From: Octopus vulgaris
Lineage: Eukaryota
Assembly: GCA_951406725.2 (NCBI GenBank)
Contig: OX597815.1
Coordinates: 195,114,001 to 195,178,000, forward strand
Reading direction: 5' to 3'
Length of the DNA: 64,000 nucleotides
Below, in pieces: positions 1 to 14,100 of the stretch. The notes under the pieces were generated by a model that saw only the letters and a program-made list of their open reading frames with translations, had not been told where the DNA came from and made no database searches. Position 1 is the stretch's first letter. The number at the start of each line of letters is the position of its first letter. A program made the position numbers and the translations under genes.

Positions 1-84
1 CGTATGACATCCCGAATTTATGCGTGTGTATTGTAATTTACTCAATACCACAAGGGGAATAACTACTGCGGATAGATTTCATGT

Positions 85-250
85 ATTTTATCTTTATCTT
101 TTACATGGTTTAGATAATGCACTGCAACCCAGCTGCGGTGATGCCTTGAAGGCTTTACTCGAAAGAATCGATCCCAGTTCTTGTATATTTTTCTAAAGGC
201 TGGAACTTATCCTATCTGGACATTTTGTCGAACGTGTTACGGGGATAAAC
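85..250 (-). mobile_element. SINE family C 3' fragment (degenerate)
   Basis: Similar to the 3' part of the SINE copy at 62100-62515 (gccttgaagg..., gaatcgaccccagt, ttacgggga). Confidence 0.55.
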
Positions 251-253
251 ACA

Positions 254-289
<36 letters not shown>

Positions 290-297
290 TATTTGTG

Positions 298-520
298 TGA
301 AGGCTCATGGCTAAGAGGTTAGGATGTGGCACTCACGATTACAAGACCGTGGGTTCGAATCCCAGACTGGGCGCTGCGTTGTGTTCTTGAGCAAAGCACT
401 TCATTTCACATTGCTCTGCGATAATTTCCAAATCTGACATGTGACACACGGTGCATCTGTACAGGTAATGTCGATTTGATGAAATGAGTGAGCTTATATG
501 TACACAACCATTTTGATCAA
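298..520 (+). mobile_element. tRNA-derived SINE (family B head)
   Basis: A-box-like tggctaagaggttagg and B-box ggttcgaatccc, followed by gttgtgttcttgagcaa shared with 56636 and 58652. Confidence 0.7.
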
Positions 521-537
521 TATAAACAAATCATCAG

Positions 538-845
538 TGTAGTTAGAACAGCAGACTCGCGGTCAAGGAATGGCGGGTTCGAATCTCACACCGGGCGATG
601 TGTGTGTGTTTATGAGCGAAACCACCTACGCTCCACGCGGCTCCGGCAGAAGAGAAGGCAATGGCGATCTTCTGATGACTCCTTCACCACAACTTCCTCT
701 CACTCTTTCCTCCTGCATCTTGCAGCTCACCTGCGACGGACCGGCGTCCCGTCCAGGTGGGGAACCTATACGCCAAGGAAACCGGGAAACCTGCTCTTAT
801 GACCCGGGTGTGTCTCCAGAAGGAACAACCAACTGTTCCTTCTAA
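538..845 (+). mobile_element. tRNA-derived SINE, close relative of 52602-52893
   Basis: Long near-identical stretches with 52602-52893 (gcgggttcgaatctca...ggggaacctatacgccaaggaaaccgggaaacc...ctccagaaggaacaa). Confidence 0.8.
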
Positions 846-1737
846 AGGCTGAAATAATAACAATATATATATATATACTGTGTGTGTCACCCCTCCAGAT
901 ATGTATTGGATGGACCTCTTCCGAGGTCTATCTACCAAGTCCACCTACAAAGCTTCGGTCGGCTTGGAGTTATTGTAGAAGATAGTTATGGTTCTACGCA
1001 GAGAGATTGAACCCGCAACCATCTTGTGAATTCAACTTCTTTGCTTTAACGTTAGACATCCAGCAAAACAACGGACAATCCTTCTCCGAACTCCCGTTTA
1101 TAAGGCTTTGACTTCTTGAATTAAAAAGAATCATATAACTGCTCGTCCCAAATGGAATTGCTTGCCCATTTCATAGTCTTGTCTTTGAATTAGATCCTAT
1201 TCAGTCACTACTTAGCTATCCACAATATCTGTAACAACGGAATATAAATACTGATAATATTGTCGTTGTTCAAACTGGTTTTATAACATAAAATTATATA
1301 AGTTTCTGTCTTCCAATTTTATATCTGGGATTACTATTGAAGAAATGCATTTGTATAAACATAACACCGCTGTGCATTTCGAAGCTTAATTTGGATTGCT
1401 TTCGCTGTTAACGTCCCCATTGTGCAATTGAAAATTATTTGAGCAGAGCGTGCTTATTTACGCTAATTAGACTAGTACGCCGTTCAGTGTCATGTATACC
1501 TTTGTGTTTCACAAATGTCTGATGTCATATTGCAGCCACGAATGATAATGGGAACTACATTTTGCTAAACGTACGCAGACAGTTAACAATGACTAATAGC
1601 AATTTTTTTGTATTTTATCATAGGTAATGCGATAACATTTCAAAACAACTTGAAGGAATTTTTGTCAGTAAAACTAGCACCGTAATAAATGTTTCGTTCA
1701 ACTCTGACATACACAGCTGTTGACTCTAATACACTAC

Positions 1738-1786
<49 letters not shown>

Positions 1787-1935
1787 TATGTTGTTTTTGT
1801 CGTTGTAGTGGCAGCAAGAACAACGATATTTGTTATTATTACCATCGTTTTAATCTTCAATTTTGTCGCAATTTCTTGCCGAGTTTCTTCTCAACATCTT
1901 GGGAAATTATCATTATTATCATTATTATTATCATT

Positions 1936-2030
<95 letters not shown>
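1738..2030. repeat. (AGT)n/(ATT)n trinucleotide microsatellites
   Basis: Visible directly; source of the poly-S/I/L/V ORFs. Confidence 0.95.
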
Positions 2031-2031
<1 letters not shown>

Positions 2032-2039
2032 TGTCTTTG

Positions 2040-2775
2040 CACAGCTTCTAACGTTAGAAATGTACTACGGTACCAGCTGTTGACTACCAGTGAACTAAGG
2101 TAACGCACTTTATTTTTCGAACACCATCCGGAGTATTCGAGCGGTTCCAAGCAATGCTGTTTTCTGGAAGTGCTCCACCCTAATTGCAGCTCCTATTTGT
2201 TTCATGTACTTCTCAAGATTTTTACTCACTTTTCCCAGGACTCCTACAATTATTGGTACTATTACCACTTTTTTTTCAGCGACCACAACTGCTTAATCTG
2301 CAAAGCAAGCTAACTTGTCATATCTACCTACTTTTCTTTCTTCCTTATCACATACCTTGTTGTCAGTTGGGCATGCTATATCTATCATCCAGCATCTTTT
2401 GCTTTGTTTTTCAATTAAGAAAGTGCCTCGTTTCCTATTCTCTATCTCATGGTCGCACTGAATCATAAAATCCCATAGGATATTTGCACTATCATATTCG
2501 ATGATAACTTCGGGTTTATGTTCGTACCACTGTTTTGCTCTGTCAAGTCCATACTTGTTGCAAAGGGTCCAATGGACAACCCTTGCTATATTGTTATGAC
2601 GTCTCTTATATTCTTACTGGGCTAGCGGTGTATATTGACTGGTAATATGCCATACGGATTCACCATTTTGTCCACCAATTCTGCACGTATCACTTTCTGG
2701 TGTGTTGCTTATTCAGCATTTGATGTAATTGGTTCTTATTGCTTGCTCTTGGGCAGCACAGAATAGAGCCTCCGT
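2040..2775 (-). mobile_element. R4/Dong-clade (RLE) LINE, 5'-truncated and decayed
   Basis: Minus-strand translation EALFCAAQEQAIRTNYIK..CRI.GQNGESVWHITS..LAQ.EYKRRHNNIARVVHW and C-terminal LQKTALLGTARILRMVFEK*; abuts (TAC)n/(TAA)n. Confidence 0.85.
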
Positions 2776-3530
2776 GTTTTGCTCAAGGAAGCAATGCACC
2801 GCAGTGAATCGGACTCATGACCCGCAATCACTAACCAATACATTACGCACATTCACAATTCGGAAGAAATAACTTTTAAAGAATGCATTGTACAAATTAT
2901 CATCAAGTTAAAAGTGAAATAGTATTCAAACCGTAGTAAAATCTCACCGCGAGCGACGATGTTTAAATCAAGAAACACACCATATGAACTATTGTAGGAA
3001 ATTACATCAACGCATCAAATAGCATAACTGCTACATGAAGAATTAAGTGGATAGTACAACGGGGCGTTAGGTTCTCAAATTCCAACTAACATATTTACAA
3101 GGAACACATAATGCTTGCAGACAAATGGTTTATAAATTACTAAAGGAGCCGAAGGGAGAAACGCAATAGCTCACAGTGAACAAGAGAAATCAAAAATTAT
3201 ATAAAAGACTATATTATATGATTTTCTACAGTGCAATGTTATCACAGTTTACAAATAAAGATTTGAAGAAGAAAGCATTACCGAATGTTGCAATTGGTAT
3301 TGCTTATGAAATTGAGTGCAACATCTATTTTAAAAGTACTGGAAACATAGACGTAATCATCTGAAATGTTTATCCATCAATAAGCAAATATACTAAATGA
3401 TTCATATGTAAAACATCACTACTCATTGATGATTCTAGGCTTATGTTGAAAACGGTCATATAGGTGGATGTTAAAAGAAAAACCTGAATCACAGGCACAA
3501 ACGAACAAGTACTTACAGACACTTATACTA

Positions 3531-3534
<4 letters not shown>

Positions 3535-3596
<62 letters not shown>

Positions 3597-3801
3597 ATAT
3601 ATGTGTGTGTATATATGTGTGCGTGTGTGTGCGTATATGTACACACGTATATATATATATATATTAATAAAAGTATCTTATATATAAAGTATAATAAAAG
3701 TATATATATATATACACATTAATAAAACTATATTACACTACGTCCGGTAATCAAGTACTATTTTTCCCCACCTTGTTTCACATTTATAAGTACATACATA
3801 G

Positions 3802-3882
<81 letters not shown>

Positions 3883-3931
3883 CAGAGACAGAGACACACA
3901 GACAAAGAGACAGACATACAGACAGACAGAC

Positions 3932-4003
<72 letters not shown>

Positions 4004-4060
4004 GTGTGTATGTATGTGTATGTGTGTGCATGTGTATGTGTGTGTGTGTGTGTGTACATA
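3535..4060. repeat. compound (TA)n/(TG)n/(GA)n/(GATA)n microsatellite cluster
   Basis: Visible directly. Confidence 0.95.
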
Positions 4061-4099
4061 CATATATGAAACACTGTATACTGAAAAAAATAATAGAGA

Positions 4100-4585
4100 T
4101 ATAAATTTTGCTGCAAGTCTCTTCATTTGCAATTCCTCGCTCAAAATCCGTTGGCAGGAGCTCCAGGAAACACCAGTAATACCAACAATTCTGTCAACTG
4201 TTCGGTGACGGCCATCCAAGTTCAGCTCATGAATATTCGTGATGGTTATTTTCGTTTGTTCAGTAGGCTGGTGGTCGCCCGAAACGAGGTTGGTCTTCAA
4301 GCGAGAAGTGACCACTCCTAGCGTCCATGTAAGCTGTTTGAAGCATGACGACTGTCTCGACCGCCGTTTATCACAGCAGAAAAGCAGAATTTCCCGGAAG
4401 CACGCTGTTCGTTCATTTCAGCCATCGCAAAACTTGACGAACAGGAGAGAAGCACTACAGAACAAAGACGCTCACCTGGCAGTACCATCACACCACACGA
4501 AGCCGGTCGGCGCATTGGATGGAAGCTTAAACTACTACGGGTTTGTCCCACAGAGAACGTCTTCGGTCACTTCTGAGTACCTCCT

Positions 4586-4590
<5 letters not shown>
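4100..4590 (-). mobile_element. mariner transposon 5' relic (HTH region)
   Basis: MNEQRASGKFCF and HRTVDRIVGITGVSWSSCQRILSEELQMKRLAAKF match the mariner N-terminus and second HTH. Confidence 0.8.
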
Positions 4591-4675
<85 letters not shown>

Positions 4676-4792
4676 GACCTTTATATAAATAAATAACGTG
4701 AAATACACGAAGGGACGAACAAAAAAACAAACGGGTCATTCAAAGCCTTCATTCTTCAGTCAGAAACTGATCCCTCATCGCAGATTTCGGCT

Positions 4793-4850
<58 letters not shown>

Positions 4851-4942
4851 GAAACACGTTGTTTGAAAATTTTATCGATGATATATAGATAGATAGATAG
4901 ATAGATAGGTAGGCAGACAGACAGACAGACAGACAGATAAGC

Positions 4943-4997
<55 letters not shown>

Positions 4998-5135
4998 TAG
5001 ATATGCTTATCCACGAAACATACATATTGTAGTTTCATAATGTTTGATATGTTATGTATATATTTCGTACAACAAATTTACAGATTATATCATATGCCAA
5101 AACACCCTTTAAACATACTTTAAACAAATGTCGAC

Positions 5136-5176
<41 letters not shown>

Positions 5177-5664
5177 CAATGTTTAACTAAAGGCACTGTG
5201 TTTTCACAAAGTTCGGTTCGTTTTAAAATGTTTCATCCCAGAATTAGTTTCCCCATCTCAGCATTGTGCTACTTGTATTGCCTGTTGATTGTAACAACCT
5301 TTTCCACTCAACATCTCTCTTCTTAAGACTCTGCGTCTTAATTTTTATCTATGTCGTTCTCTCTCGTTTTCTCTCACATTGCCACATCTAGTTAGCAGTC
5401 TGTCTCCCTCGCTCTATCTCTCGCTAACTCTATCTTTCTGTCTCTATCTATCCATCAATCACGTTTTATTTCTATTTTCTCAGTTTTTAGAATAAACATC
5501 TTACCTATCGAATGTAGTGCGATTTAACATCACTATTTCCTGCGCTCGCGATATTTCTCCAACCAAAAGGAGATGCAAGTTTCGGTGAAGAATTTCATCG
5601 CTGCGACGGACGAGAAATTGTGTCAGCTTAGGAGCAAAGAATTAACAGAAAGGTGGCTTCAATT

Positions 5665-6103
5665 TGTTATTTCTTTATTGCCCACTAGGGGCTAAACATA
5701 GAGGAGACAAACAAAGACAAAGGGATTACATCGACCCCAGTGCGTAACTGGCACTTAATTTATCGACCTAGAAAGGATGAAAGGCAAAGTCGACCTCGGC
5801 GGAATTTGAACTCAGAACGTAACGGCAGACGAAATACCTCTAAACATTTCGCCCGACGCACTAACGTTTCTTATTTCTTTATTGCCCACAAGGGGCTAAA
5901 CATAGATAGGACAAACAAGGACAGACAAAGGGATTAAGTCGATTACATCGATCCCAGTGCGTAACTGGTACTTAATTTATCGACCTAAAAAGGATGAAAG
6001 GCAAAGTCGACCTCGGCGGAATTTGAACTCAGAACGTAACGGCAGACGAAATACCTCTAAACATTTCGCCCGACGTGCTAACGTTTCTGCCAGCTCACCG
6101 CCT
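5665..6103 (-). mobile_element. SINE family A, tandem dimer
   Basis: Two copies of aaggatgaaaggcaaagtcgacctcggcggaatttgaactcagaacgtaacggcagacgaaatacc about 217 bp apart. Confidence 0.85.
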
Positions 6104-8662
6104 TCAGTTCTGCAACACGATGGCCTCCACTTTGAATGCTAGGCTGTTTTGGTTGTCAATTGAAGAATAAAGCAAATGAGTTACCAAAGTATTGCGAAAC
6201 ATTTGACTCAACACAATAAATAAATGGCAAATAAAACTGCAGTTACAGATAGAAAAGGCAATGATTCAGCAAATCATATTTCAAGTGAGAGAGATATATT
6301 CTTCATGCCGTTAAATATAAGTTTAGGACATATATATATATCGTATCCCTCTATTCACTTTCGCTTGGCATGTGAATCATTCGCCTCATATAGTAACCTA
6401 TGCAGTATCCGTCCAACCACCGTAGGCAATATTATAAAGCTGCAGATGATTAGTAACTTCAAAACAGTGCCATAGACATTTTGCAGATTTACAATAGGAA
6501 TTTATATGACATTGAGATTGGAAAAATGTGCCAAAGGCACCATAGAAATGTAGAGAACTAAATGAGAACACTAATATCATGTTAGATAATAATCCATAGA
6601 TATACGGGATTTACTAATGCTTAAAAATATATGAACTTCCCAAAATAAAAAAATATATATTTGTGAACGAAGATTTTTTTCGAAAGAGTAATATAGATGC
6701 ATTAGATTGGTAATTAAAGAAATGTTAAAGACGTTAAATTAGTAACAAGCAATTGTTTTAACTGCATTAAACTTCAGCTGGGCTCTGAATGAATTACCAT
6801 GTCTTGACAGGTTAATACTACATAACATCTCACGTAAGAACATATATAGCATAAATAGTGGAAGAATGATCCGAATGAACTTTTTCCTATATTATAAAAT
6901 ATTTACTGCAAGGCTACAAAAATATCTTGTAAAGAACAAAAGAAAATTATTACAAATAGGTACTGGTTGGATTCAGCTTTCAAAGCTATGCCCTAAGCAA
7001 TGACACGCCAATTATTGTCTTTGGTATACAAATTTATATATAATGGGATTTAAGTTTTAATAGAACGTGTATTGTTAAAAAAAATCTAGCAGGAGAGGAA
7101 TTTGCCCCCGAATTGAAATACCAGCCTCAAAAGACAATATACATATGTAAAATAGATGGGGGAAAAGTATCCAAATATAAACGTCTGGGAACATAAATAA
7201 TCACAATTTGAAATCCGGAAAGGAAACGATGTCTATAATAACATTCAAAGATATGGAAATCTACAATTTCTGGAACTAACAGATAGGCACCACATAATAA
7301 ATAGTCTGCTGTAATTACATAATATGAATAATTCCTAGCATGTAGTATGTTCATACTGCAAAATTTCAAAACTACAATATAAAAATCTTATATACAGAAG
7401 GCCCATTTACAAAAAAAATATTCAGATTTATAAGGTAGTGAAAGTGGTCCCTAAATATAAGATTACTGACAGGAAAGTTAATTCGTTTTGCTTGGACCCC
7501 GGCCAATTGTGATCAAGGTAACTGAAAATGATAAGTTTTTTTAGTCACAAACCTGTTGGTATCTTCGTATTCGAAGCAATATAATGTTCGTTGTGTCATT
7601 CCTCCATTTAGAAATGTCATTTAAGAAAGATTTCAATTGTTTTTCAAAAGTTTTGAGTGGCTACTTAGACAAGGTCGGAAACGAAAACATCCTTCTTTAT
7701 AATAAATGCTTGTTTGCATTAAAAAATGTCTTTTATTATGTAAGCACAATAGCTCAATGTATTGTATTTCCTGGATATTCTACAAAGTTTTACATAGCAT
7801 CTATATTCATGGACCATAATCAATAGGAATAAATTAAAACTGTCTCCGTCAATACCGCAATTAATAATACAATATTTAATGTTAATATCTAATGTTTTAG
7901 GACGTTTCGAGTTTCAATAGAATTCCAACAGGTAAACACAGTTGGCGTCTATATGTACGTTACAAATCTCTAAATAAGGCAACAGGTGTTTCCGATATTT
8001 GGATAACTTCGGTAAAGTCTGTCTTTATTATTTTAATCTAAAATGAGTGTCAAACGAAACTTAACCTCTTAGGAATATATTCCATGCATTTTGGTGATGA
8101 ATAGTTGTTTCCCAAGTCATGTGGTGACTGGCGTGAAATTTGCGTATTTCACTTAACAAAACTAATTTTCTTTTTCAATATAAAATAATAATTGTGGTAA
8201 CGATAAGTTCATCAAAGATACATGAGATGATGTCTCCTAATCCCAGAAAACTTTTGAGAAATTCTCTGGAGTATAATACAAAATCGAAAACCAAAATTCT
8301 TCAGAAATTATTTATATCTTAAATGGTTTTATTGTGTTCCTGCATATGGCATATGCAAACAGTTTCCTTATGTTTAAATATTTTATAATAATACTTTTCT
8401 TTATGTTAGACTGAATCAATACAGAACATTTAGAATGTCAAATGCATGCATTTCATGCATTTACTTAACATTATCTAAAATTACTTATAATTGCTTTTAC
8501 ATTATGAATAACTCCATAATTTCTTCAATATATTACCATGTGGCGACATGTAGACTTCATTTATTCAACTAAATTCCAGATAAAATGGCAATCAGCAGTG
8601 AAGCGTTCTTCTTCAATGACAGGACGACACCATAGTTTCTACACATAAGGATTTTGTAGAAA

Positions 8663-9058
8663 TCTTTATATATAAAACTGAAGTTGTGTGTCTGTCTCCT
8701 ACGATTTAGATTCCTAACTACTCCCACATTTTGCGGTGCAGTTTAACCAAAACCGGGTATCTTATAGTCGTAATTCATATCGAGCCCTTCTGGGTATTAG
8801 CACGCGTCTACGATGAGTCTACGATTTAAAAAAAAATTACCATCATTTTTTTCCATTCTAATGCATGTTTTCGCTATTATATAAGGGAAGTAACTCTCTA
8901 AAAATGTCTACGATGAGTCAACGATTTAAAAAAAATTTACCATCATTTTTTTTCCATTTTTAATGCATTTGTTTGCTATTTTTTGGCTATAACTCTCCAA
9001 AAATACTTATATAGTTATTTCCCTTACAAACCCGAGCAACGCCGGGTGATACTGCTAG
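8663..9058 (+). mobile_element. non-autonomous Helitron (~395 bp)
   Basis: Starts TC, ends with hairpin cccgagcaacgccggg plus CTAG, sits between A and T with no TSD; second copy at 55960-56355 (-). Confidence 0.85.
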
Positions 9059-9306
9059 TTGAAACATAAAATCGTCACAAAAAAATGTTTCTTTTAAAAT
9101 TAACACGTTTTCCCCTCATCCTGTCCTGAGATATACCGATTTAAAGATACTGGGTTCATTTACAATGACGCTATAAACAAAAATATATGTGGAAGAAATG
9201 AAGTTTCTGTAAGGAAGAGGTTCAGAATAAATATATGGGAGTACACTTTACACATCCAAGACAAATCGTTCTGTCTGAAATATGCAATTTATGGTGTAAA
9301 GAAAAA

Positions 9307-9702
9307 AGGCGGCGTGCTGGCAAAAACGTTAGCACGCCGGGCGAAATCCTTAGCAATATTGCGTCTGCCGCTACGTACTGAGTTCAAATTCCCTCGAGGT
9401 CGACTTTGCCTTTCATCCTTTCGGGGTCGATAAATAAAGTACATGTTATGCACTGGGGTCGATGTAATTGACTTAATACCCCTGTCTGTCCTTGCTTGTC
9501 CCCTCTATGTTTAGCCCCTTGTGGGTAGTAAAGAAATAGGTATTTTGTCTGCCGCTACGTACTGAGTTCAAATTCCCCCGGGGTCGACTTTGCCTTTCAT
9601 TTTTTTGGATCAGTAAATCAAGTACCAGCTTAGTATTGGGGTCGATGTGATCGACTGTCCCCCACCATACAAAATGCAGGCATTGTGCCTATAGTAGAAA
9701 GG
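9307..9702 (+). mobile_element. SINE family A, composite
   Basis: ggcggcgtgctggcaaaaacgttagcacgccgggcgaaat head; gagttcaaatt B-box-like; repeated ggtcgactttgcctttcat core. Confidence 0.85.
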
Positions 9703-10574
9703 TTTGTTACAGTAAAGAAGTAATCTTTTTCTTAATATTATTTACACAAAGATCAGCATTCTGTTCCTTGTATTCTACAAATTCTCTTCATGTAAATATT
9801 ATATTTTACATCACGGAGCTTTACTAGATGTGTGTTTAAGTTTTATTATCCCAATATACTAATCGATGGAATATGACGAAATAGTTCCGAGTGTTACATT
9901 TCCGATATCTTTTTTTTTTTTTTTTTGTTTTAACGATGCAATAGCATAATTGAAATATTTAGCATTTCCGATCAATTACGGAAATTAAACTCTAAAGAAC
10001 TCTCTAACTACGAAATGTATTCGACGCCATTATTGAAGTTCTTAATGACTTGTGTATCAGTGTGACACTCACAAATTTCATAATGGATGAAAATCTTTAA
10101 TGTAATGAATCACTTCTTTGTTTCCCTTTTAAATAAACTCAACTATGAAAGAAAATCACCCACACTATTGAAATCTTCTACATAATGAAAGAATGCTTCA
10201 GAACAAATTTAAGAACAGGTATAAAATGTTTAACTTTCACAAGTTTCACTTGTTTTATATGAGTAATGTTTGTTACTATCATTTGAACTTCTTCTGATTG
10301 CAGCATGCACTACCTTGTAACAAATTTAACAGAAATCTTAAACGTAATCATTGTAATTACGGTCTGAAGCCATGCAAGTAAATTTTAAATTCAAGAGATG
10401 CTGTTGATTATATATTTGGGTATCTTCTATGTTAAGGTCTAAGTTCTGAAACTGAACAGAATAAGGTTCGTGCGCTGAATTTGACGTGAATGCTGATTAC
10501 TAATATATAAACACACAGTAAGCTAATGGCCAGTTACTGTTTTTGCGTGCATTGTTTTTGTTGTTGAAATCACT

Positions 10575-11835
10575 GTTGTGATGGATTCAAGCTGAGCATG
10601 GTCGAACAAACATAGGCTGAAAGCTATTTCAAGTCATGGTTGTATTTGTCAAAGACAAGACGATGCATTGTGACATTCGTATTTTCGTATTTTTTTTTAC
10701 GAAGGCAAGGTTTGACTTAAGGAGGATCTGGGCATTATTTCTGGTAGCTCAAGTAGCAATGTGTCGGTTTATTTTATATGCAACCTCTGAAAGAAGGACA
10801 TTGCTTTCAGCTTTAGCGAGGGCTCAGAGGACGGTCAACTTGATGCTATTCACTACAGGAAGGATATAAACAGAGAAAGGTTTCCAGTAGTCCGCACTTC
10901 TAGAAAGAAATCATTGGTTAAAATTGTCGGTGTAGGTTGAGGGACCTAGACGCTAAAACTGATGGAGAGTAGAAAGATAAGTACTGCTTGGGTGCCATCA
11001 TGATGAAGGAAGGAGACTAGCAATCTGTTGGTACAGAGTCCATTAGTATAAAATGGAAAAGGTAAAAGGTTATAGTATGCCTGTAAGATAGAGTCTTCAA
11101 TGTGTACCTTAAAGACAAATTATGTGTTCTATACATTCGCCAAGCATGCATTATAGCGTAGTAGCTGCTTCGTTCGTCCAAGATGCTGGAGTTTTTCTCT
11201 ATTTTGGAGATCGTGTGCAAATCAGATTGTGTCACTGGAGTTCAACTGTAACTCTAGCCTTGCAGAGAAGGATCGGTTTTATGGTGCTATGTCGAGCATG
11301 TACTTGTGGGAATAGAGCATCAGGGATATTGATTTTTGGCATTCAGAACTGAGTGTTTGTTCTACAGGTGAGTATTACACTTGGAAATGTGTGGTGAGAG
11401 AGCTTTGCCAAATCGAGTGGTATTTGAGAGATATTTCGCTGTTTAGGGAAAACAGATTGCCAGAGTTCCACTGAAAGTTTCTCACAAGGTCCCTATTTAA
11501 GTATTCGATGCAAGTTTGACGATTTGTGTTTAGGTTGCACGGCGATTAGGTACATCAAGGACGGCTTAGGTAGGAAGGAAGATTCATGTCGTTCACATAA
11601 GAAAGGAGGTAACCTAATGTGTGACAAATATTGATGCATAGAAGGGCGTTCAGAACAATGCCAATCCCTGGACGAAAGAGTTGACTATGAGTGGCGAAGA
11701 AATGTCTCCGTTACAGAAAGCTGTGACCGTTCGATCTAATAGGAAACTACCGATCCAAGAGATGAGATGAGTAGAATCTAATATTCCATATCAGATTGGG
11801 CCCTTGTATACCAGATAGCTAATGTCCACATCACA
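10575..11835 (-). mobile_element. CR1/Jockey-group LINE RT relic, 5'-truncated
   Basis: Minus-strand LISWIGSFLLDRTVTAFCNGDISSPLIVNSFVQG resembles the WI..FL..R...V.NG..S....V.SGVPQG RT motif. Confidence 0.65.
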
Positions 11836-11839
11836 AATA

Positions 11840-12150
11840 TTGCATTCAAAAAACTTGTTAAAATCGAGGGCCAAATGGTTTCATTTAAAGCAGCGATTTT
11901 AGGATCAGACGAATAAAATATCAGGCTATTTATTTCAACTGTAATAAATTCCTAAAAGACATATATCCGCTTCAACTAAAATTAGTGACTAATTTTATTT
12001 GTCCCTTACTTTTAAAGATCGCCTTTAATTTTTAACAAAAGATAAATACGGAGCAGTCCTATGTCAATGATTTTCTTATCATCCGATTATCAACAAAACG
12101 AATATCTATTTGCCAGTACCGGTTTGTGCAATTGATCACTAACTTTCTTC
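11840..12150 (-). pseudogene. decayed SF2-type helicase fragment
   Basis: RKLVI/AQTGTGK* (Walker A, 12109-12129) and downstream FITVEINSLI...KIAALNE (Walker B-like); stops and frameshifts. Confidence 0.35.
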
Positions 12151-12343
12151 TGGGCTCACATTTGGATTCAACATTGCTCAAAATTATTTCTGATATATGC
12201 TTATCAAATTACAAATTCAGTCAGTAAGAAATTTATTCTTCATGATTTCTACTTAGATGTTCTTTTTTTTTAATCTAAATGTATGTAGAATACATACATT
12301 TGTATAAAAAATATAGACATTCATATATATGTGTGTATTTATA

Positions 12344-12394
<51 letters not shown>

Positions 12395-12449
12395 TTATTA
12401 TGTATAATGATACATGATACATATTATTATGCATTATATATTATCTGTA

Positions 12450-12494
<45 letters not shown>

Positions 12495-13144
12495 TAAGTA
12501 TATGGCAGAGGTGAAGGAAAACGGGAAAATAGGAAAACAGTGGCATATCATATAAATATTTAATGACACTATTGTGCTTTATCGCAACAATTTGAAAATG
12601 AAATACTGATTTTATGCTTTGTCTTTTAACATTGTATGTCAAAGACAGGCATTTGAAGTCCGGTATTCTATTACTATTTCTCATATGTCCTGCGGACTGT
12701 CTTATCGTTAGATGCATAATAATGAATGCTTAACAATACGGTATTATTTTTTTCTAAGAAATATTCGAAATAGCCATCATTTGGCTGTCTCCGATCTGCA
12801 TAACAAACTACCAATTGAGCATAGAAGTCAGACTGGAAATGTGTAGTATCGCATTGAGTTATATTTTATCTCCGGGCACGTAGGGTACTTATTTGAATAT
12901 TTGCCGTGATTTTGTTTCTGACATTTGTGTTTCTATGTTTTAAATACTTTTTTTGCAGTTCGAATGAGATGTCAAGTTAGTACGGAAACATTTTTCTGTA
13001 GGAAGTTATTGAGACAATAGACATATTCATAGTATCAAAATATCATTCCACAACACAATCACATAAGTAAAGAAACACATACAAGAGTACAGAGACACTC
13101 TAAGAATATCTTTTTACGAAATACATACATATGCATATACTCAT

Positions 13145-13202
<58 letters not shown>

Positions 13203-13208
13203 TAAAAT

Positions 13209-13495
13209 ACATCTCTTCCAGCTGGCTAACGACATAGTCTGTGTCCGATGAGTATTTGCGAGGGGAGGTCATTGTTCAAATCTCTAGCCTTACGTGATAC
13301 ACACGTCCCGGATTTCTGGGTAGTCACCCTGCAGATACTAATTGGACACATTGTTCGTTAGCCAACTGGAGGAGATGGCTTCCTACGGAAAGAATAACCC
13401 GAATATCGTCCTCTAAGGGACCGCTACATTTAGTTGGCAAATTTATTTTACGATTCCGTACTGTTACTGGCTACCTATGGCAGAGAGATTTGATA
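13209..13495. mobile_element. short non-coding element with an inverted segment, next to (TA)n
   Basis: 13209-13265 and 13327-13377 form an imperfect inverted repeat; homologous to 15775-16028. Confidence 0.55.
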
Positions 13496-13587
13496 TAGTT
13501 TAATTTTCCTTTTTTGAGATCAGCAACAGTTCGTCGCTGGAAAAAGCATAGAGTATCTTGCGAGTGGATTGAGTTTTCATCAATAGA

Positions 13588-13959
13588 AGATTTGAAACCC
13601 TTTGTGAACATTTAAAAATAAGTAAGTAAAATTTCTTCATAAAGAAAAAAAAAACGAAGAGAATAGACTGTTAAAATGTATAAAGAAAAAATAGAAAAAA
13701 ATCGATACATAAAGACAAAAAACAAAAGACTAACGAAAAGAGCAGGATAAAAAAGGAAAAAAAACAAAAGATGAAAGATTGTAAGAACGTTTAATTGTAT
13801 AAAAGAAATCGCGGTTTCGTCTCGGATCGGGACCGAGAAAATCGTCTCATCTTCATTATAATTTAATTCATTATAATTCATTCTTTCATATGTTTTTTTG
13901 TTCCCGCATGTTTGTGTATATCCCCTCTGTATTCAGGCCTTGTGCCCATAATAAAGAGA
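13588..13959 (+). mobile_element. 5'-truncated copy (3'UTR plus AATAAA) of the ORF1-only element
   Basis: Roughly 80% similar by eye to 15415-15765; ends aataaagaga. Confidence 0.75.
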
Positions 13960-14100
13960 AAGATGGTGATTACCACTGAGTGTTGGTTGTGATTTCTTCG
14001 ATGTGAGTTCAAATCGTTACACACTGATATTGTATGTTTGTTGTAGTTTTCCTCGCGCGGGTGAACCAAGATTCGTTGGATTGTGTAAATTATTGAATTT

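Noticed and set aside
4674-4795. (TA)n-flanked fragment related to 59500-59665 as an HHR carrier
   Set aside because: The family relationship is visible but no hammerhead core with stems was found on either strand.
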